Assembly (NCBI GenBank): GCA_047495785.1
Contig: JBLDXI010000003.1
Span: forward strand, 1,860,001-1,924,000
Length of the DNA stretch: 64,000 nucleotides
DNA from: Lepidodermella squamata
Taxonomy: Eukaryota > Animalia > Gastrotricha
Direction of reading: 5' to 3'
Of the stretch, positions 59,630 to 64,000 are shown one piece after another (position 1 is the stretch's first letter; every line of letters begins with the position of its first letter). Made by a program: the position numbers and the translations under genes. A model generated the notes under the pieces. It was not told where the DNA came from, searched no databases, and was given only the letters and a program-made list of their open reading frames with translations.

Positions 59630-62600
59630 TCAAACTGGGTAAACAATGATTTCGGCCACCGGTAGTAATCCAGGAATTGCCCTCCTTAAAATCACGTAAC
59701 GCCCGTAAGCCGGCTGCAGGCAGAACAGCTCGTAAGGACGACTTGCATATCGATAGTCGAATTCCATCAAGGGTAGCACTACATCGCACAGTTGGCTAGT
59801 TGTTGTAATTTTAACCAGCGAATTTCCGACCCGCAGTTCAGTGTTCGTCAAACTGTAACCGTATCGATCCGTAGCAATGTAGACTAACACTCTGGATACT
59901 ACACTTGCCAGTCCCATGTCGACAGCTATCCACATTTCAGCAGTAGGATCTGGTGAAGGAAGAGCAAATGGTAATATCTCGACTCAAAAGTTAAGCAAAA
60001 TCAAACCTATGACGTATCCTCTCGCAAGTTGGTAGCGATAACCCGCAGTAAAAGAACCATTAGAAGTGACATCGACCACATTTCCGATCGCGGTATCAAT
60101 CGACATCGGTAAACTCCATGGTAACGGACCAGACGTAGCCACCGAAGGATTCCACCCGTGGAATTCGCCAATAAAGCTGATGCCGCAATACAGAATATTC
60201 GTAACCCCATGATAGAAGCCGGGAATGTCTCCGTTGCTCACATTCATGGCATCAGAAGCACTGAATTCTCTGTAAAATATTAAGTATAACCAAGGCTATA
60301 AGGTGGACGTTGATGCTAACAGGTATCTCCGGCGCAGTGCGCCACTTGGTGCATGAATAGGAATGTTCAGACTTGATTTCAGCTGCATCGAAGTGCTGCT
60401 CAAGTTTTGATAATTATGCAAATAGCATGTCCCTGGGGTGGCCATAGAGGTACCAAATTGCCGACGTCGAGAGAGAACGATTGTTCTCATGACCAGCTCC
60501 CATTGGACGACTGATCCGGTGCAGGATGATGGAGGCGTGGTTCTTGCCATTCCAGCCGGAACTTGATCGTGGAAATCACTGCTTGGCATCTCGAAGGGTG
60601 GAACTACAGCAGAGCCAATAGTGCATACTTGGCCTGCGAAAAAGTTGGAGCAGCAGAGCGAAAGGGTATGAACGTTGGTCTTACCTGTGGATGAAGCTTC
60701 GTTTGCAGCCGTAACGCCATCAGTCGCTCTGTGCTTCGTCCGCTCAGCTGAAGCATGCGAATTGGGTGCTAAGATGACTTTTCTATTTAGTGCGAAGTTG
60801 ATAGCTGAAAGAAATCGTTAGAGCTATAAATTTACTATAGCAAAAATTTTTACATGGGCTGTTATATGCCTCGACTTGGCAAATGTCAAAACCAACGTTC
60901 TTATAGGCAGACAGAATTGTAAGGTACCGGCCAGGATTCGAGTATGGATTCACGGTTAGCCTTATTGGCTCTCGGTCCATGAGCTCCCCTTGGATTATCG
61001 TTCTTGCTATTCTAGGATTCGTCAGAGCTGAAGCCGCATTTGTCACTGTATTGTTCCCAAATGTCACATCGATTGCTGGAAAAGAAGCATCCATGTCTTC
61101 AAGAGCGCAGCCGTAAATTCTGACTGCCAGAGCGATATTACCGTTCGCGTAGCCAGTCGGATATATTCGCATGAAACGGCCAACGAGAGGATTTCGAAGA
61201 GGTACCTCTACAATCGTGGTTTTGTCAGTATTTGCCGCGAAATTCTGAACAAAACCATTCTCGCTCTTCAACATAAGCCATTGATTGTTGTCGAAGCTGT
61301 AGCCTAGACGAAATCGAGTGACCCAGCCAGGTTTCGAGCATGTATCGTTACTCCCTCGCGTTTGCAGCCTTGTGACTCTGGCAATGTACCCAAAGGTGAT
61401 TTGCATGAAGATTTCGTTTATCGACTCGAATGGGTCAGTAATGGTGAATGACCATAAGCCCCCAGCCTCGATCAAGCTTGACTTAAAGCTATTGCAGTTA
61501 GCGTCAAAGTGGCTGACTGTGATTGCATCGTAGACTGTCGAGTAAATCAGACGGCGGTTGCAGGTTCGAACTGTTAAAACAGAGTGAATCATAGGCGAAA
61601 CGTTCATAATTCTCTGAACCTTTGCAGCCTTTAAATCCGAATCGAGCTGCTGCCACGCCGTTGACAGTTACGGGCTCGAAAATGATGTAACGTGCTCGTA
61701 CTGGAAACGGCAACCGGTTTTCGACAACAGTGTTACGATCGTAGTTTCCACCAAAAATCTTAGGAACAATGTGCGATGCTAAAGATAAATGGGATGATTT
61801 CATGAGCTCAAAAATACCATGTCAGCTCCATTCGGGTCTTTTATTCTGTACGTATCATCCCTGAAATTTGTGGCCAAGTTCGGACCGGAGTACACTTTGA
61901 GCGTGAAGGAAGTGACCCATTCATTCGCACTTGGGTTCCCCGATGTAAGAATCGACCTGATTTCAAAATCGTGATTAAATGATATCTCGAAATTTCCGCC
62001 ACTTCGCCAGAAACCTGAAATAGCGAAATTAATTAGTAAAACAGATGATTCAGGCGCGAAAGCATACAAGGGCTGTCTATAGATGGCTGTTGGCTACTAC
62101 TGCACGGGTTTGGTAGCGACATTGTTATCCAGTCGTCCATTTGGGTCAATTGATATTCACAGGGGCTTGGAGAAACTAAAAATCACAAAAATTGGAGGGT
62201 CATTCCTAGAATCCTAAAAAGCTAACTTTCAATTTTCGAAGGGCAGCCATTCATCACATGCTGGATCGCATTGCTGTTCATTGTGAAGTTGAAGACATAA
62301 AAACAGCTGGTAGCATGACCAGGCGAGCCACCTCCAACGTAATCAGTGCCGCCGATGCGATAACCTGTGGTCGTCGACATATCCGCACAATTTGCATTTA
62401 TTGTTGTTGCAACCGATATTCCGTTAACGACGAGTTGCAATGTCGCAGTGACGTTATCGTATGCCATGGCATAGTGATTCCATGTACTCAGAACTATAGC
62501 ATTGCTCCATGAAACTTGGAAGGTTCCTCCACCAGGGCATTGAAACTGGCCGATACTATGAGACGAAAGAATTTGTACCTAAAATTGAACCTCAATGTAG

Positions 62601-64000
62601 CATAAACTTACAATATCCGGCCAGTTGTGATTGAGAATAGTATGTGTGGAATGCCAGCAGCAGTTTTTGTTGCTAGAACGTAAGATGTGCTGGAAGGTGT
62701 GTTGTAAAGCCAAATCCACTGCATAACCGTGAAAGCCCCCGTTCTCAGCATTTGGCTAGTCTGGCTGATACCGTTTGGTTGATAGATAACTGCCCCACTC
62801 GGGAAACCATGTGACCGCATTGGTTTAGAGACAGAGTCTGCCCAAAATGTAGAGGGACCAGCGAAAGAAATTTGATCGACTGATGTAGCTGCTGGTTCGT
62901 CTGTAAACCACTGCGTCCAGCGGTAAACCCTGTCAGTTATTTGTCCACGTTACAACAGGCCGGAGTCCATAAATCGGGCATCGTGAGATCTGCTGAATCT
63001 CTCGACTCGTCAAAGCTTGGCTGTAAATCTGAACACACGCAACGCGATCGTTCAGTGTCAATGTCGAGGGCGATGGCAAAGCTCCGATTCTGAACTGCCC
63101 CGAAGTTTCGAGCTCACAGCCTTGTGGTAGCTGCCTCAACATTGCGAGATTAGCCTCATGATAGACAGCAAACTGGCCTGTTGCGTAGTGGTAGGTGATA
63201 GCGATATGGCGCAGGCGTTGGATAGTCGCAAGTCTAGAGGTCATGTTGGCACGAAAAACCCCAGTATAAGCCATATTGCGGCAAGTCACGGTGAAGTTGA
63301 ACAGGCCGTCTTTACACGTGACCCCCAAAGAGTAAGCCGGGGGTGAAGCTGTAGGGTGAAGGTAGCCAAGAACTGCCTGGGTCGTAGTTTGAGTCTGGCA
63401 CATGACGTAGAAACTGATAGTCAAAGCGAACGGTGACACAAGCTCGCCATTCGAGTTGGAATTGGACACAAATGAGTTGCTATCGCCATTGAAAATCATC
63501 GCTGAATTCGGGTACTTGTTATTCTCGGCTCCAGTCAGGAAACTTCCAATCTGAACACTACTGCCCTGAGTTGCATTGATCGACGATCCCATGTAGTCGT
63601 TGAGTCGATATTTTGAATCCATTGGCCAGAAAACAACAGGGTTAGGCACTGAAACAAAAAATCGAATGCTTAATTACTTCAAAGCCTGTCGTAATGAATC
63701 ACATTGCCAAGGGCAGAGCATAGCATCGTCCATTTCGCTTTTAGTGAGGATTCGATTGTACAATTGGACACAGGCGATTCTCCGCTCCATCAATCTCAGG
63801 CTGTCAGCAATCCAAGGCCCGAATGATATTGATGTATCAGTGTAAATATTGCTTGAGTAAGTAGCAGGGATGTCGCCAGCTCCAACAACTACGCCATTCG
63901 CCATAATATAGTAGGACGCTAAACAAAATAATTAAGCAAATCGTGTGATTCTGTCAGATCTAACGAACATCTTGCGCGATCGAATACCCATCCAATAAAA
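59630..64000 (-). CDS. Paralog of the giant F5/8C-LamG-fucolectin-like gene (5' part lies beyond the window)
   Basis: Exon-by-exon similarity to 2249-6530 with matching intron positions. Confidence 0.85.

Overview
Eukaryotic genomic DNA, almost certainly from an invertebrate animal with a compact genome (many ~50-bp GT-AG introns, Cys-loop receptor and CUB genes, Pol III tRNAs). No prokaryotic operons or CRISPR. Two same-strand paralogs of a very large secreted lectin-like mosaic gene (PAN, F5/8C-discoidin, LamG/ConA-like, fucolectin-like domains) bracket the window. The ORF track fragments most genes, so I spliced them by eye. The 14-38 kb interval is a dense island of small, apparently lineage-specific secreted proteins. 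It holds two paralogous Lys/Arg-rich proteins with (Ser-X)n-Glu motifs, a 32-aa spliced micropeptide gene, five tandem precursors sharing a C-[ML]-xx-F-x-S-xx-[LI]-C (CX9C) motif, double- and single-knottin (ICK-like) peptides co-duplicated with Cys-loop channel subunits, and an intronless membrane-anchored MACPF gene. Several intron-poor genes look non-metazoan in origin: DUF4419-like, fungal-type asparagine synthetase, GH17 glucanase lacking its acid/base Glu, and a PQQ/BamB-like propeller. Mobile DNA includes two LINE remnants, MITEs, a Crypton-like tyrosine-recombinase relic and two tiny P-element-like footprints with 8-bp TSDs. All family calls come from motif recognition, not database searches.
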